A stretch of 63,442 nt of DNA, counting the filler, from Rhabdomonas costata (Eukaryota): the NCBI GenBank assembly GCA_019059605.1. It is 36 parts of 36 records of this genome, joined end to end, with 100 filler letters (N's around TTAATTAATTAA, not from the genome) between each part and the next. Parts side by side here need not be neighbours in the genome. Positions count along the whole stretch, not along the records: positions 61,780 to 63,442 come from JAHMHO010011053.1; 35 more parts are not named here. One strand, 5' to 3'. Shown here one piece after another: positions 62,638 through 63,442 of the stretch (its first letter is position 1; each line of letters opens with the position of its first letter). The notes under the pieces are model-generated. The model was not told the DNA's origin. It saw only the letters and a program-made list of their open reading frames with translations, and searched no databases. The position numbers and the translations under genes are program-made.

Positions 62638-63210
62638 GTTGTCGACAAGATTGACCCTCGCGTCGTGTACCAGGTCCTTCAGAAGCTTCAGTCCCGGGTG
62701 CTTCTGGTCGACGGTAAGCCGGCCAAGGAGGGCGACCGCGTGAACCCCCACAACCCCTCTATCGGCGTCCCTCAACTGGTGAAAATCAGCAGGTCTCTCC
62801 CATGTTCATATGCCTGCGCGCCTCCGCTCCTGTATCTTCTCATTCCACTCATTGCCGGTGGCTTTTATTGGCTGATTGCTGATTGAAGCTTTTGTGTCTC
62901 AGAGTTGATTCGGAGCAGGTTGGCATGGTGGGAACCTTCAGAGACGTTGCCCGAGAAATCGTTGAATGCGCACAGTCTCGCCCGCTCTGGTTTCATTACT
63001 CGCCGTTCAACAATCATTGAATACTCCCCCCCAGAAAATTTGCACGGTTTGGGAAATCTTTTCGCAGGGAGGTGCCGGATCAGGTGCGTGTGCTGGCTCC
63101 CTACGAGCTGAACGTGAAGGACCTGCTGCGCAGGGGTAACGTGTTCATCTCGATGAGCGCCCTGGAGGAGCTTCATAAGGGCCTGCTGGTCTTCAAGTGG
63201 AAGCAGGAAT
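62638..63210 (+). CDS. Organellar (probably mitochondrial) ribosomal protein uL4, C-terminal exons 62638-62792, 63068-about 63210
   Basis: VLLVDG...SREVPDQVRVLAPYELNVKDLLRRGNVFISMSALEEL matches the bacterial-type L4 C-terminal pattern. Confidence 0.7.
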
Positions 63211-63442
63211 GTGATGTCAGCCCTTCCTTAGGAGCTGTGTTGTCAGGGAGTGAGTTGGGGAGGGGGGTACTTCCTCGGTCTGCACTATCGGATTAAACCA
63301 ACCCTTCAGCGCAAAGTGAGTGGATGACCGCAGTAATTCGGCGTCAACGCCGCATTACTTAACAACGTGGAAGGTACTCTTCTAATAGCAGTCTCCGTTC
63401 GCGGGAGACCTACGATGGCTCGGCCTTTTCAGAAAACAAAAA

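Noticed and set aside
1-63442. Gene-neighbourhood or operon-style system, e.g. helicase next to cyclase, or clustering of ubiquitin/SUMO ligases
   Set aside because: Neighbours lie on different contigs ordered only by length. RING, F-box and SP-RING genes are common in any eukaryote.
1-63442. tRNA, rRNA, spliced-leader RNA or snoRNA genes
   Set aside because: No convincing match found by eye; small RNAs could be missed without covariance-model searches.

Overview
This window is not one locus. It is 36 unrelated contigs of about 1.66 kb, joined by 35 artificial 100-nt spacers (N44-TTAATTAATTAA-N44), so adjacency across spacers means nothing. The DNA is an intron-rich eukaryotic nuclear genome. 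A trypanosome-type receptor adenylate cyclase ectodomain and many cyclase fragments suggest a euglenozoan, probably a euglenid (inference). G/T-only contig starts and A/C-only contig ends suggest whole-genome amplification. By splicing manually I recovered fragments of acetyl-CoA synthetase, cysteine synthase, bestrophin, a METTL21-like and an FkbM methyltransferase, a universal stress protein, annexin, SP-RING, RBR, RING-H2 and F-box proteins, mitochondrial-type uL4, a hemerythrin-domain protein, a PGP-repeat protein, glycosyltransferases and five receptor/nucleotidyl-cyclase pieces. The standout is an intronless, 5'-truncated ORF (49430-50350) encoding a parvovirus-NS1/Rep-like superfamily 3 helicase with a C-terminal CCCH finger. 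It is followed by a TAATATTAT stem-loop and is a candidate rolling-circle mobile element or endogenous ssDNA virus. Also notable are very degenerate 5' splice sites, three candidate GC-AG introns, a duplicated in-frame acceptor in ACS and a candidate non-conventional intron. All family calls come from motif recognition by eye; no searches were run.
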